From Chiloscyllium plagiosum (Eukaryota): a stretch of DNA of 64,000 bases. The position numbers and the translations under genes are program-made. The stretch covers positions 43,585,970 to 43,649,969 of the forward strand of contig NC_057718.1 of assembly GCF_004010195.1 (NCBI RefSeq), given 5' to 3'. Below, one piece after another: positions 12,774 to 26,261 of the stretch; position 1 is the first letter of the stretch, and each line of letters begins with the position of its first letter. The notes under the pieces are model-generated. The model was not told the DNA's origin. It saw only the letters and a list, made by a program, of their open reading frames with translations, and did no database searches.

Positions 12774-13799
12774 AATCTGGTTTGATGGCTTTTGAGAAGG
12801 CTGATGACCCCAATGCTAAATTTGCAGACTTTGTCACATCTGGGGGAGATGGCATCTGGGGTTTCTGGGCTTTCCAAAAGAAATTGCTACTGAGCTTCAG
12901 AAGAGAAATATATTCTTGCAGCTGAAGAGAAATTAGTCCCTTTTTTCACTGCCTGAGAAGGCTTTCTCTGTGTTTGCAGCAGAGGTACCATTTTTCTGAC
13001 TGGAATGATGGACTTACTGAACAAGATTCCTGGGTTCCTTAGTGAAGTAACAAGCTGTTGTTCACCCCTCCAACTAATCTCCGTAACTACATTAACAGGG
13101 ACTTAACACTGATTTTAACCATATGCTGTGGAAGGTGACCTTAGGCTTTTTTGGATGTTTGTTAAAAACCCCAATTTCTCATCTGCTCCAGAAAGGAGTC
13201 AACAGTGACCTGGAGCTTATTTTCAGAATGAGTGCATATGCGGAATCATCCACATACTGGAATTCAAAGTCTAAATTAATTTTTTGTTTTGGTTAATATG
13301 ATGTGGGTTGAATTGTTTTCCCCTCTGTTCTGTGAAAGCATCTTCACCATTGTCAGTCATTTTCTAGAGGTAAGGTGCAGTATTGCAGCCACATAACTTA
13401 TACAAACATGTTTGCCCTTGGTCTTCACTGATGTTTTTGTGGTGATTTTGTTGATGTGGATCACAACTTGCATATCATCATGGAGTAGATGGAAGATAAC
13501 GCCAAATTTAATCTGGCAGTTGACTTTGAGAGAGACCCTCTATAAATCTTCATGGTCAGGATCATGGGCGGAAGTCATGGGCCCCAATGCTGCTCCTAGC
13601 CCGAGCTCCCTGATGCTGGACCCAAACAGCGCCTCATCTCTGATCTAAGCTCAATGACTGACCCCTGTCCCCCCCACCCCAAAAACCCATGCACAGTAGG
13701 TTCAGATCTCCGCCTAAGCAGCACAACAGGTCCCCTTGACTCCCTGCTGTGTGCTCCCATCCATGGCCTGTTTATGGTTGACAGAGTCAGTTAGTGAGA

Positions 13800-14240
13800 T
13801 AATAGAATTATACAGTATAGAAGAGCCCTTCAATCCATCCAAGCTGTACTGTTAAAACTACTCTAAATTACACTGGTCTCACTTTCCTGCACTTGGGCCT
13901 ATAGACTTGAATGTTAAGACATTTCAAGTGCTCAACCAAGTACTTTTTAAAGATTGTGAGGTTTCCCACCTCAATTATTCTTCCAGGCAGTGCGTTCCAG
14001 ATTCCCACCACCTTCTGGGTGAAATTTATTTTTGTCAAATCCCCTCTAAACCACCTGCTTTTCACTTTAAAATTATGTCCCCTCATTACTGAGGGAACAG
14101 CTGTTTTCTATTCATGCTGTCTGTGCTCCTCGTGATCTGATGTACCTCAATCAGGGTCTCCCCCCCCTCCCCCACATTCTCTGATCTAAATAAAACAACC
14201 CGAGCTTATCCAGATTCTCTTGGTTATGAAAAGCTCCTTC
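13800..14240 (-). mobile_element. CR1 LINE 3' fragment
   Basis: ORF 13868-14086 RGHNFKVKSRWFRGDL..FTQKVVGIWNALP is the CR1 ORF2 C-terminus. Confidence 0.85.
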
Positions 14241-14899
14241 CCAAGCTCCCTGTGTATAAGAACAGGCATGTGCAGTTATTTATGCTTTTACTTTTGTATT
14301 TTATTGGATTTATCACACAGTAAAGATCATGCTTGTTGCTGAGCTAGAACGTTACTCTGCTTTTCTTGAGAAATGGGAAGGAAACAACCTAGAAGGATTC
14401 TTAGAATGATTTTTCATATGACGGGGAGAGTCCTCTGCAGTTATTGCAGTCAGGCCTGTCTCCCCTCTTGAATATAAAGACTATCACAGCTTCCCTTAAA
14501 TCCTCCACATACACTCTTCTTTCCAAATCACGGAAATAACATTGTCCTGCCAAGCCAAGAGTGTAGATCCATTGTGCTTCAGAATTTCTGCAGAGACTTC
14601 ATCTGCTCCAGAGACATTTTTTAAAGCTGTTGAAAAGTGCTGGCAATGTTACTGTGGACTGGAGTGGAACAGAGACTGAGCCAAATGGAGTTTTGAGGAA
14701 TGGAGTTAGTGTCTTCAAGTTGAAGACAGTAGGTTATCTTCATCTTATATAAAGCAGCGAGGAAGATAATGGGAGGTGAAGATAATTGAGTAGGTTGACA
14801 TCAGGGAAATATCTACCATGCCACAGGAATTAAGTTCAGGACAGAATGCTTCAAGCTCGACTTACATGCCGGTTAAGAACACTTAAGTTGAAGTTGAAT

Positions 14900-15590
14900 A
14901 AAATTGATCTCCTACTGTCAACACCCTGGAATTGCTGTTGATCAGAAACTGAATTGGACTAGCTATATAAGTATTGTGTCTACAAGAGAAGTTCAGAGGC
15001 TATGAATATTGTAGTGAGTAACCCATCTCCAGACTCTGCAAAGTTTGTTTACCATCTTCAAGGCACAAGCCAGGGGTGTGATGGAATATCCCTCCTTTAT
15101 TTGGATGAATGCAGCTTAAACGACATTCAAGAAGCTTGACACTTTCCAGGACAAAGCAGCCTGCTGGATTGACACCACATCCACAAACATTCAGTTCCTT
15201 CAGTGCAGACGTTCTGTAGCAAGTGTGTGCCATCGACATGATGCACTGCATGAATTCTCCAAGACTCCTTAGTCAGCACCCTTCTAACCCTGATGAGGGG
15301 CTTATGCCTGAAATATCGTTTCTTCTGCTCCTCGGATGCTGCCTGACCTGCTGTGCTTTTCCAGCACCACACTTTTGACCCTTCTAACCCATAGCCACAA
15401 CTAACTAAAAGGACAAGGGCTACAAAAACAGGGAAACACCACTATTTGCAAGTTCCCCTCCAAACCACACACCATCTTGACTTGGAAATACTTTCTTCAG
15501 TGTCGTTTGGTCAAAACCCTGGAACTCCCTTCCCAATGGCATTGTGGGTCCACTGACAATAAATGGATTGCAGTGATTGTTACTCCTCTG
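14900..15590 (+). mobile_element. Old CR1/L2-group LINE 3' fragment
   Basis: gtgtgatggaatat..ttcaagaagcttgacactttccaggacaaagcagcc; homologous to the copy at 35450-36070. Confidence 0.65.
15291..15377 (+). mobile_element. 87-bp Penelope-derived insert beginning at a hammerhead core
   Basis: 13-bp TSD acccttctaaccc at 15278-15290 and 15378-15390; (C)TGATGA-G-GGGC-TTAT-GCCT-GAAA-TA-TC. Confidence 0.85.
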
Positions 15591-16544
15591 GGAGTGTTTC
15601 TGAGCTGAGGGAGTAATCTCCAAATAAAGTGTCACTCATTTAAGACAGAGATGAGGAGAAAATTGCTTCATCATTTTTAAACCTTTCAACAAAATGTGGA
15701 ACACCATGGTATGTGAAACAAGCCTGCAAACTGCTCTCCTGAATCTCTGCTGGGACTTTCCTGGGATTAATTTCTCACTCATGGAATTAAACCCATTTTA
15801 CAATCTGTAATCAGTATTGAGAACAGGAAATTCAGTTGAGAACTGGGACGATGAATTACTATTCAATATCATAACAACAACTTGCATTTGTATAGTACCT
15901 TTATTATAATGAAATGTATCTAGGCTCTCCATTGGATAGTTGTTCAGAGATTGACTCTGAGCCACAAAGAAGCCATTGGACAGTTGAACAAAAGAGTGGT
16001 CAAAGAGAGAGGTTAAATGGGGGCATTTTAAAGAATGAGAGTGGATTCCATTGCTTCGGAACTTATCAAGTATTCACTTGGCCATGAAAGGTGTGGTGAA
16101 GGGATATGCACGAGGTACTTCTTGGAACCTACATGTTAGTGTTTGAACATGAAGATGAGAATTTTAACATCGAATTGTTGTGATTCCTGAAACTGATATT
16201 TGCAGTGTGCTCAGTGATAACTTTGGTGCAGTTAGAATTTAGGCAAGGGAGTTTTGATTGAGCTCCACATTTTGAAATATGCATTATAGGAGGCTCACCA
16301 AGACATTACTTATGTTCTGACTTGACAATAACAAAGATAGATGAAAGTTTTAACAGTAAATTGGCAGGGACATGGGTAAGAGATTGGCAAAGCTTTAAGA
16401 GATAAAAGTAGGTTGCATTTGTGATGGAGACATCATGGGATAGGCTCAGGTACATAGACTATAATAGGTAGTCTTCATAATCAAGGAATCTATAGCATCT
16501 ATAGGAATGGAGTACATTTTGCATGTACAATGCACGAATGTTGT

Positions 16545-16758
16545 CACCATAGTCTTACCAGACCATAGGGGCTTCTCTCTTATTAGAGAAAGCAACTGGT
16601 AGTGATTTAACCTGAGAGCCACCACACCTCAGGCAAGGGAAGAAGTTGAGGAGAAAAATCCTTCATGGTAACCTCAAACCACTGATGGGAATTGAGCCCA
16701 TGCTGTTGGTATTATACTACTCTGTAAACCAGCAATCCAGCCAATTGAGCTAAACCAA
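16545..16758 (-). mobile_element. tRNA-derived SINE, decayed
   Basis: The minus strand begins ggtttagctcaattggctgga (A-box-like) with gggctcaattccc (B-box-like) about 50 nt later. Confidence 0.6.
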
Positions 16759-17339
16759 TTCCTATCCAATGCAGTGTTATTTGAATCAAGTAAATTTAAA
16801 GCATAAAAGAAGTCTATTCAGCCCAGACTGTGCCAACTTAATGATAGAAGTATCTAAACCCAACCTCTCTTTCCTGTTTTCTCCCCATTACTTAGATTCT
16901 TTACATCACGAGAAGGACCTTTGGAGGAAATTTCCATCTTCAGTAGGTTGCATGACCATAGAATCTGCCTGATCGCCACTACTGCAAAATAGGCAGGATA
17001 ATAATCAGGTGGATTTTGTAAATTGTTACAACCTCCATGGAGACAGATAACTTTTAAAAAGAGATATGCACTTCAAAGCTGCCTAGATGCAGAATCACAA
17101 GACAAGATTTTCATTTTTTTTTGTAACAAACAGACTAAATAGACAACTAATACAGTAAACTACGTAAAGTTTTTTTAAAAGTATATTTCTTAACACCATA
17201 AAAAAATCCTCTATGTTTCACTTGAAAATCTGCAACAACATAGTCTTGTGATTAAAGTTGAAAGCTCCTTCGAGTTTCATCTGTCAAAATAATTAGCAGG
17301 CTGGATAGAATAGGTAGAGTGAAACTATGCCAGTTCATA

Positions 17340-17635
17340 AAAGGAACAAGAGCTAGAGGGTATAGATGTAAAGTCATGTGCAAAATAAGAAAGGGTGATA
17401 TGAGTAAAAAAAAACTTTTTCACACAACGAGTAATAAGGGATGAAATGCACTACCTGCAAGTGTGGGAAAAGCAGTTTCAATAGAGTCATTTAAGAGAGC
17501 AGAAGAATATTACTTGGATAGAAATAATGGGCAAGGGTGGGGGAAAATACACAACAATGCCATTAGGTATTGATACTCGTCTGATAAACCAGTGCAGGCA
17601 CAATGGGCCAAATGCAACAATTCTGTGGGCTTCTT
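17340..17635 (+). mobile_element. CR1 LINE 3' fragment
   Basis: aacttttcacacaacgagtaataagggatgaaatgcactacctg corresponds to FFTQRV..WNALP; tail ggcacaatgggccaaatg. Confidence 0.65.
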
Positions 17636-20007
17636 TCTGCTTCATCAGGGTAAGCAGGGAGCATGTCCTATGGCAGCATGGTTGTGAGCCCCAGAGCAGG
17701 GCGTGGGGTAGTGGGTCCCGGGTGGAGACTAGTGCTGGGGAGGCAGTCCTGGGACTTAGCTTGAGTGCCAATAGGAGCAGACTTGGGCTTGGAGCAGAGC
17801 AAGGATGGCTATTGGACTGGGGTCTGGCATGGGTGGAGGCCCTGCACTGAGTTGCTTCAATGTAATGTTTATTTGAAATTTTATACCTGCCTGTAATGTT
17901 GAACCTTTAGCTATAATTTATTTCTAACTTACTTTTTAAACTCTGTAAAGTAATGCAACTACTTTTTATTCCCTCCCCCTTGTAACCAAGACTTGTACCC
18001 AAGGTGGCGCCATAAGAGGCAGACATTGTTAAAGTTTCTCACTGTACTTCTACAATGGAGTACATGTGACAATGAAGGATATTCTATTCTATTCTAAAGC
18101 TTTGAGTGTCCTTTCAAACAAAGTCCGTTGCACCTGCACTCTACTTGGTAGTTAGTCCAAATGCGAATTTTTTTGTCTGCCATTAATTACATACTTGTCC
18201 ACCTTCTCCAAACATCTTGGTGTGAATGCTTCTGAAATTCAGTGAGTCCACAAGCTGCAAGATGAGCTGCCATTTCCTTTTGTACCCAGCTGTTAAAGTT
18301 GCTATCTTACTTTCAATTTGATCCAAAGGGGACCTCTATCTATGCCAACCAGGTCACATGGACATAGATTCAGAAACAAACTTGCATGTGGACAGATGGT
18401 TCTCTGCACTACCCAATTTTATCTCCAATTAAAGCGGTCAGTTTCATACATAACTATCTTAAAAGATTTTACATTCAAAACAAAATGGTATGTGAGCAGT
18501 GTAACCTTTAAAATTTAGTTGTGCGTATTCCACTTTTTCAGTGTACATCCTTTTAAATATTGTTTGCAGCTGTACACTTGTGTTAATTAGCAAGTGCCAA
18601 CTCACATTGTAATGGAAAAGATGTTGTGAGCAACATTGCCAGATTATGAGTCAGGTGGCAACAATTAAAATTTTCCCCATTGTTTCACTCCTTTCCTGAC
18701 TTCATTCATATGCCTTTTATTGATTTAAAATTTTAAGATTAATCTTGAACACAGTGATATTATGTGCAGTTCCATCAATTATTGAATCACTCAGCTCGCA
18801 TTGTAACTTGGCTGCAACTAAATGTACCTCTGTAGGCCCAGAGCTACTGTTAGTTTCAAGTTCCAAAGATATTTTGTAGATTGTCAAGACTAACATATTT
18901 GGCAAGGTCTGCAGAGTAAACAAGTTGACCTTCATTTTTGGGATTTGGTGTTGATGATAAGGCTTTTATTTATTGACCATCACAGAGGAGATTTTTGAAC
19001 AGCTATATTATAGACTGACATAATTAGTAGCTTACTCGACCTGCACAGATCAGTTAAAAAGGAAATGTTGGAGAAAAATCCAAGTCACATTATCGATAAG
19101 CCTGGGTAAAGACAGGCTTTCCACCCTCAGTTGGATTTTTAACATAATGTTAGCTATCTTCACAGTCACATTTACTGTAACCAAATTTTATTTCTAGATT
19201 TTTTTTCCATTTAAATTCCCAAAATACCATAGCAAGATTTTTACTCTACATAAATAGGTTAGTCTTGATAGCATTAAAGTCTGGCCGTATTCTTTAGCCA
19301 ATTAGTTCAACTTTTTGTTTATTAGTTCAGTAATATAACCATGACACCACAGAATCAATACCACAATAGGAAATTCAAATTTCAAATTTACTGCTCTTGG
19401 TTGCATTACTGATTTGCATAAACTGGTGATATCCAGATTAATGGTACTCCACTCTAACTGCAGTCGTTTCCTGAAAAAAAAATGCATTTAATCATTAGTA
19501 ATGGTCCAGTAGCAGGAATCAACTTTATACTATTTGCAGTCTGATATCATGGCAAAATGTAAAACAATTTTCTGCTGTATATGATTGAATTTAAAATGTA
19601 ATTTATATAGATAAGAGTTAAATAATAGATCACCAGTATAAATTGCAGCAATAATGACTAATATAGTAGTTCTTCACAAAATGATCATTTCATTGATCTG
19701 ACAGAATATGTAGTTAATAGTCTATTCCTTAAAATTTCATCTAGACAATATCTAATTCCCAAGGAATAATTGGTTTGTATTTATCACTGTTAAATTACTT
19801 GAGATTTAATTTAGTTCCTTTCCTGCTGATAAAATAAATGACAACTTGACTCTGAATAAAATTTTGTGTTTTATTTAATGGCTTATTCAGTCAATATAAT
19901 TTTAAAATTATTTTCCCGTGATATTACTCTGGCTACTTTCTGATGTTTAACTCTGACTCTCACTTACTCAAATACTTTATTTAAACACTCTTCTGTGATA
20001 AACCAGT

Positions 20008-20670
20008 TAGAGACACAGAGTTGTGCAGCATGGACACAAGCCCTTCAGTCCAATTCATCCATGTCAATCAGATATTGTAAATTAATCTAGTACCATTTGC
20101 CAGCATTTAGCTTATACCCCTTTAAACCCTTCCCATTCACAGAAACCATAGAATTCCTACAGTGTGGAAACAGGCTATTCAGCCCATCAAGTCCACACCG
20201 ATTCTTTGCAGACCCACTCCCCTACTCTATCACTTTAACTCTGCTTATCAGATGGCTAATCTTTTTAACATATGCTTTCCTGAACAATTTCGCATGGCCA
20301 ATCCACCTAACCTGCACATTTTTAGACTGTGGGAGGGAATCGGAGCACCCGGAGGAAACCCACGCAAACCCGAGAAGAATGTGCAAACTCCACACAGACA
20401 GTTTCCCAAGGGTAGAATTGAACACAGGTGCCTGGTGCTATGAGGTCGCAGTGCTAACTGCTAAGCCATCATGCTTCCATCCAGATGCCTTTTAACTGTT
20501 GTAATTGTACCAACCTCCATCACTTCCTCTGGAGCTCATTCCATACATGCACTATCCTCTGCATGAAAAAAGTTGCTCCTTGGGTCTCTTTTCTGTCTTT
20601 CCCTTCCCACCTTAAATCTACGCAATTTAGTTTTGGATTCCCTTACCCTGGGAAAAAAAAGACCTTGTCA
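20008..20670 (-). mobile_element. CR1/HER1 LINE 3' fragment interrupted by an HE1 SINE
   Basis: Matches the CR1 3' end at 45291-45620 on both sides of the SINE. Confidence 0.8.
20141..20477 (-). mobile_element. HE1-type V-SINE
   Basis: tRNA-like head on the minus strand, V-domain tgtgtggagtttgcacattct, CR1-derived tail. Confidence 0.88.
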
Positions 20671-21439
20671 GTTAACTTGGAAACAATTGTAACGTGTAAG
20701 GAAATCCATCAATTTCCATGTCATTGAATTGCTTCTGCATTCACTCTTTGTTACATTTTTTTAAAATCCAAAGACAAATACTGAAAATTTAGTCAAACAA
20801 ATGCATATGTATTTGCAGTGTTGATGAATTAGATCGCATTCTATCATATTAGTTAAGCATGAATTCAGGTTTTGCAATGAAAGATTGGATAATGAGCAAT
20901 GACTATGGCTTACAGTGACAGTGGGTTTTTTTGTACACAAAACAGGATTTTTTTCTGTTTTACATCATAAGTAATGATAAGGAAACTGTGGAGACATGTG
21001 GTTTAGAAATGTGACTCAATTATTGATTTTCATTGAAGAAAATAGCAAGCATTTTCCATTTTCTGTTAAAGCACATTTATTCCCTCAATGATTTATGGTG
21101 TTTGCTTTTTAATTCACAAAGGAAACTTTTTGTTGCGTTTTTGTCCATGGAAAGCTTACGTCTTCCAATATATAGAAACTTTATTCTATATATTTATAGA
21201 AACAAAGATATAATTACAAAAGAGTCACAAGTTTAAAAAAATTGAACTAAGTTATATTAGCACAACAAAACTAATAAACCTTTTAAAAAACTTTTAACAT
21301 CGCAGAAGGAATGATTAACAAATGTAATAATCATTTTCCAATGAATGTTACCTGAGGTGATAATGAATCTATAGATACCAAGTGTTTTTTAAATTTCTTT
21401 TTAATCCCACTATATAGAGAGAATGAGGAGATCGTGAAA

Positions 21440-22378
21440 TAAATATTAGTAAGAAGGTTGCAGTAGAGAACTTAATGTAGCTGAAAGTTGATTGGCCCCT
21501 GAGACCTGATAGTCACCATCCTAGAGTGTTGAAGGAAGCACTACAAAGATAATTGATGCATTGGCGGTCACTTTCCAAAATTCCATAGATCCTGAATGAT
21601 TCCCGTAGATTAGAAGCTTGCAAATGTCACCTTACTGTTTAGAAAGGAGTAAAAGGTAAAAACACAGGGAACTACAGAAGCATCATTCTTACGTCAGGAG
21701 AAAGAAAGAAAATGCTAAAAGCTATCAGAAACAATGTGTCAAATGGACACTTGGATAAAAATAATCTGGTTGGACATAGGCTGGACTTGTGTTTGGAAAA
21801 TCACGTTTAACAAACTGGTTGGGGTTTTTGAGGATGTTACTAACTAATTGATAAAAGGGAATTGATAGTACTAATTGGAGTACTGCCTGCAGTTCTGGTC
21901 TCCTTATTTCAGGAAAGATATTAATGCCATAGAGAGAGTGCTACAGAACATCACCAGACTTGTTGCTGGAATGGCAGAACTGTCCTATGAAAAGAGATTA
22001 GCCAAGCTTGGCCTGTATTTGCCAGAGTTTCAAAGAATGAGAGACAATCTCATTGAAATCTATAAAATACTGAAAGAGATGCACAGGATAGATGCAGGCA
22101 AGATATTTCCCTGGTTGGGAGTCTTGAATCTGGAGACACATTTTAAATATAAGGGCAATGTTGTTTAAGATGTAGAGAAATAATCATGTTTTTACTCAAA
22201 GGGTGGTGAATCTTTGTAATTCTCTGCTCCATAGGGCTGTGGAAGATAAATATATTTAAAGTAGAAATTTTGATTATCAATGGCATAAAGGCATTGAAGT
22301 GTTTGATCACCATAAGACTATTAAATGGCAGAGCAGACTTTACTATCAAAATGGCCATCTGTTTATCCTATGTTCCTT
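21440..22378 (+). mobile_element. CR1 LINE ORF2 fragments, internally deleted
   Basis: ORF 21875-22168 LEYCLQFWSPYFRKDINAIERV..LSYEKRLAKLGLY; tail atcctatgttcct. Confidence 0.85.
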
Positions 22379-22380
22379 TG

Positions 22381-22506
22381 ATTTAGAGATGCCGGTATTG
22401 GACTAGGGTGTACAAAGCTAAAAATCACACAACACCCGTTATAGTCCAACATATTTGGAAGCACTAACTTTTGGAATGCTGTTCCTTCATCAGGTGGTTG
22501 TGGAGT
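22381..22506 (-). mobile_element. 3' end of a third Penelope-like family with a decayed hammerhead
   Basis: The minus strand reads CAC-CTGATGA-A-GGAAC-AGC-ATTCC-AAAA-GTTA-GTG, followed by a ...ttggactataa..gtgttgtgtgattttt tail. Confidence 0.65.
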
Positions 22507-22904
22507 TATCAGGCTTCTCTCAATGTTGTTATGTAACTGGTGAATATGTAGAAATAGGTGAAGGTGCACTATCCATTGATTTTCCCCACCCATCCGTGCA
22601 GAAATGCCTGGCTGAACCTTGTATCCCACACTAGTGATCAGAAGTAGCACATACAAGGCATTGTGTATGTGATCCTCAGCGTGGCTGCTTGTGGTGCAGT
22701 ACGTTCATGCAGAAGTCCACTGTGTGAATGTAAGTTAAGATAAAAGTTTATTTTACCACATAGATTCAATTAGGTCAACGATGTGTACACATAGCTTTAA
22801 CGTCATTTTTTAATAACTTCTCAGTGAACTGGCTGTCCTGTCCTCCTATAAATGTGTATCACCTTCCAAATCCAAATATAATTATTTATGTAATGCATTT
22901 TTAG

Positions 22905-23072
22905 GTTTTGTACATCCTTCAGTTAATTTCACTGATTGTTTGCCATGTGAGTACCATCTAATAGGATCAAGGCATCAGATTTGTTACAGGACAATCGAGA
23001 CCCTTCAGTGAGTGGGATACACTGTGACCAGAGCAAGGACCAATAATTTGCTTTTAACCCTGAAAATGGAAG
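22905..23072 (+). pseudogene. USH2A: USH2A exon 14 remnant, disabled
   Basis: ttttag|GT TTT. GFVHPSVNFTDCLPCEYHLIGSRHQIC/TGQ/RDPSVSGIHCDQSKDQ*FAFNPENG. Two ~8-nt deletions (168 nt versus recalled 184), TAA at 23044-23046, donor reads gcacgt. Confidence 0.88.
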
Positions 23073-24261
23073 GCACGTTGCTGTTTATTTTGAGTCATAT
23101 TTTCCAAGCGTGATTTTGTGGTTTGCAATGAAAACAAAATGAGGCTGATTATTAAATTTAGCTCAAAATGTGCAGAAATATGGCCCTTCAGGTTTCCAAC
23201 ATCAGGTTTCAGGCCAAAATCACCTTGCTTCTGCAACCAGTGAGTTGGCAGATCAGACCTGTAGAAAGGCAGGAAATCAGAATGATTCTTTAAGGGTCAC
23301 TGGTTAGACTGTTCAAAATCTTGTGTAACAGGACCTACGTGCTGCAACATATTTTGTCAAATTGTATATGAAAGTATTTTTAAGTGCCCTATAACTGGAT
23401 TAGTCTGTGGTTTGTATATTTGAAGAGCCCTCCTATCCATTTGTTTTTTTGTTGTTGTTGAAACAAGTTTTTTTTTAATTTTGGAATTAACTTCGCCCAA
23501 AGCAATATGGTGTAATCGTTCACAGTACATTGCCTCAGCCTGTAAACTATTGAGTAGACCACTGGGTATTGCTATTTTTTTTAATGTGGGAACACAAATT
23601 GGTACTTTCATGCTTTGTCTTCTCCTGGTCAGTATGTATAATACTCAGTGTCATACTGTGAATTAAAATGCATTGCCTGGTTAGACCTCTTGCTTCTAAG
23701 AAGCAGCTTGGTTAAAAACTGATTGCATAGATGAAATGGTGGAGAACTTTACAAATAACTAATATATTCAAGTTTTGACAGATCACTGTTTATAACATCC
23801 ATTTGCAAAGTGAATCAATCCCGTACGAATAAAAAATGAACTTTTTAAACTGATTGCTCTGGATGTTTTTCTTCACCTACTGAGTAAATGTAATCAGATT
23901 TCTTTGTTTTAATATTACAGATCATTTATCTTGAAAAATAATTATAAAAATAATGTTTCAAAGGTACCTTTTAACCACAGAAAAATTATTCACATTTTTC
24001 TGGTGTTCCACAATGCCAATAATTTAGCGATCAGTCAGCAATGTTACAGAAAATTAGCATATATAATCTGATTATTTGACTGCAGGTTTCATTATAGTTT
24101 CAAATTGCATCATTTAGGAAAAGAAAAATATAGACAAGCTCTAATATATTTTGATGGTATAGTAAGTTGATATTTGCACTCCCGAGGATGAAAATTAACA
24201 AGCTTTATTACACATTATGAAATACAAGCAAGAGAGAACATCTTCTGCGAGCCTACAGACA

Positions 24262-24560
24262 TACAAACACATAAATTATAAGTAGGAAGTGGTCATTCAG
24301 CCAATCAAGCCTGCTCCCCCATTCAATAAGATAATGGCTGATCTGATTAATCTACAAGTAGTCTTTCACCTCCTTGCTTATCAAAGATCTAACTACCTGA
24401 TCTTAAAAGTATTCAAAGACTCTGCTTCCACCACCAATTGGGGAAGAGAATTCTAAAGACTGATGGCCTTCTGCTAGATGCTAATAGACCTGCTAAGTTT
24501 CTCCAGTGATGACTGTATTTGTTTCAGATATTCAACATCCGCAGTACTTTGTTTTTGTCC
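24262..24560. mobile_element. CR1 3' fragment (minus) abutting a Penelope-type tail (plus)
   Basis: cattcagccaatcaagcctgctccccattcaataagataatggctgatctg, then agatgctaatagacctgctaagtttctccag. Confidence 0.6.
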
Positions 24561-26103
24561 TTGTGTGTAAGTGTTGAGCTCAGCTTTCACAGCTCTCCAT
24601 AATATCATCCCTCCTTCCATCCAAAAACCAAAGAAGCAACTATTGCATCCATGTGAGTACTTAATCATGTTGACATTCATGCTATGAATGTAAAAGAATA
24701 GTCAATCTAAGCACAACAGTTACTTGGAAATTCAAAAAAATATCAGTAATAGGTGAATTTCTGGCTGCCTGCCCTCCTTGGTCCGTTTAAATAGTATTTC
24801 AGTATTTCAGTTTAATAAAATAATTAAGTGAGGATGGACTTGAGGAGGGAGGAGGGGGAATTCATTGTGAGGAATACACCAATGGGGAGGTAACCCACCA
24901 TTGCCTAATACAAAGTTACTCAGCTGGATACTTGGTGTGGTCCTTTCCCATCAGCGGTGAAATGGTCCCAAGGCCAGTGGTCCCTCTGAAGCGTCGCCTG
25001 TCTCAGATAAAATTGCACTCGGGGATGACTAGTAAGTTACAGCACATATTACAGCACATGATATTTTACACCACTGTCCCCACCCTCCACTTGTCAATGT
25101 GCTACTGGGGAGAAGTAAAATCCAGACCAGTAGGATGGAAATCCCATGGGGAACTCCATGTTGCATTCTAAATGTAGTGTCAAAACAGTATGTGGTTACT
25201 GCTCACACCATCAGAAATGTTTCAGCAGAACAAATAAGTTAAAAACAAATGACTTAAAAGGACTTTTGAAATTCATTTCTTCAAAACTGTAATACTTAGG
25301 AGTTTACTTCAACAGAAATTTGCATTTCTGTTATATTTTCTAAACAGTTGAATGTGCGTTTTGAATGTTTTCCACTGAACCTGAGATTACTTATTGTACA
25401 CAATCCAGAATTACTTCTGTTTGCCTCAGCAACTTACAGAGCTGTTTATGTTGAATTATATTCAGCATCTTATTGGTAGTCAGTGAGGCTAGTGAGTCTA
25501 GATATATCCAAATGTTATTGAGAAGCACAAAATGGGATGCAAACCAGCATTACACTTTAATTTTCAACATTCAACGTGAACTTCATGCTGCCTTTGTATG
25601 CATTCTTCTTATATGTTTACACCACAGTTTGTGATCATTTCACTATAATATCAATGTCTCATTTTGCCAGATGCCATAGGATGTGACCAAAATAACTTCA
25701 GCTTTAACATAAAGCTGGATAATACATGAGCACTATTTTATTGTAGGTTTGTAGTATTTTTAAATCAGAATGATTAGGTATTTAAATTGGTCTGTTCCTC
25801 TCCTTTCTACTTTGCTATTCTTTCCTTTGCTATGCAGAGGTTTTGGGATAAAACTTTGCATGTGTTCATCCTACAATCCTCATGTACACTACAATTGATG
25901 AAAATAAATGTTAGGTCATTGTCTCCAAAAACAATAGATTTCAAACAAATTGATGAACAAAGTGAGAACTTTTATTTGATACTTTTAAAGTACCATTCGG
26001 TTGTCAAACCCAAGCTAATTTTATAGTGGAGCGATGAGGACAATTTATGATTGTTAATGTTCCACTATGAAAATTACTATGTTGTTGTTCTGTGTATTTA
26101 CAG

Positions 26104-26261
26104 CTGCCAACTATGCAATTGTAACCCTGCAGGCAGTGTTAATAGCACTTGCCACCAAACAAATGGAGCATGTTTCTGTAAGCAGTTTGTAACTGGTTTA
26201 AAATGTGATGTGTGCAATATGAGCCACTTGGATGTGAACAGCACATTTGGCTGCAGTAAAA
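26104..26261 (+). pseudogene. USH2A: USH2A exon 15 remnant; frame open but donor destroyed
   Basis: tttacag|C TGC. CQLCNCNPAGSVNSTCHQTNGACFCKQFVTGLKCDVCNMSHLDVNSTFGCSK. 158 nt (6 fewer than recalled 164); donor reads ataagt at 26262. Confidence 0.92.

Noticed and set aside
17690..18095. Rex1-like LINE 3' tail ending in (attct)n
   Set aside because: Probably a retroelement tail, but there is no coding evidence to name the family.
18926..18934. ERR response element (TNAAGGTCA) as evidence of ESRRG autoregulation
   Set aside because: About two such sites are expected by chance in 64 kb.
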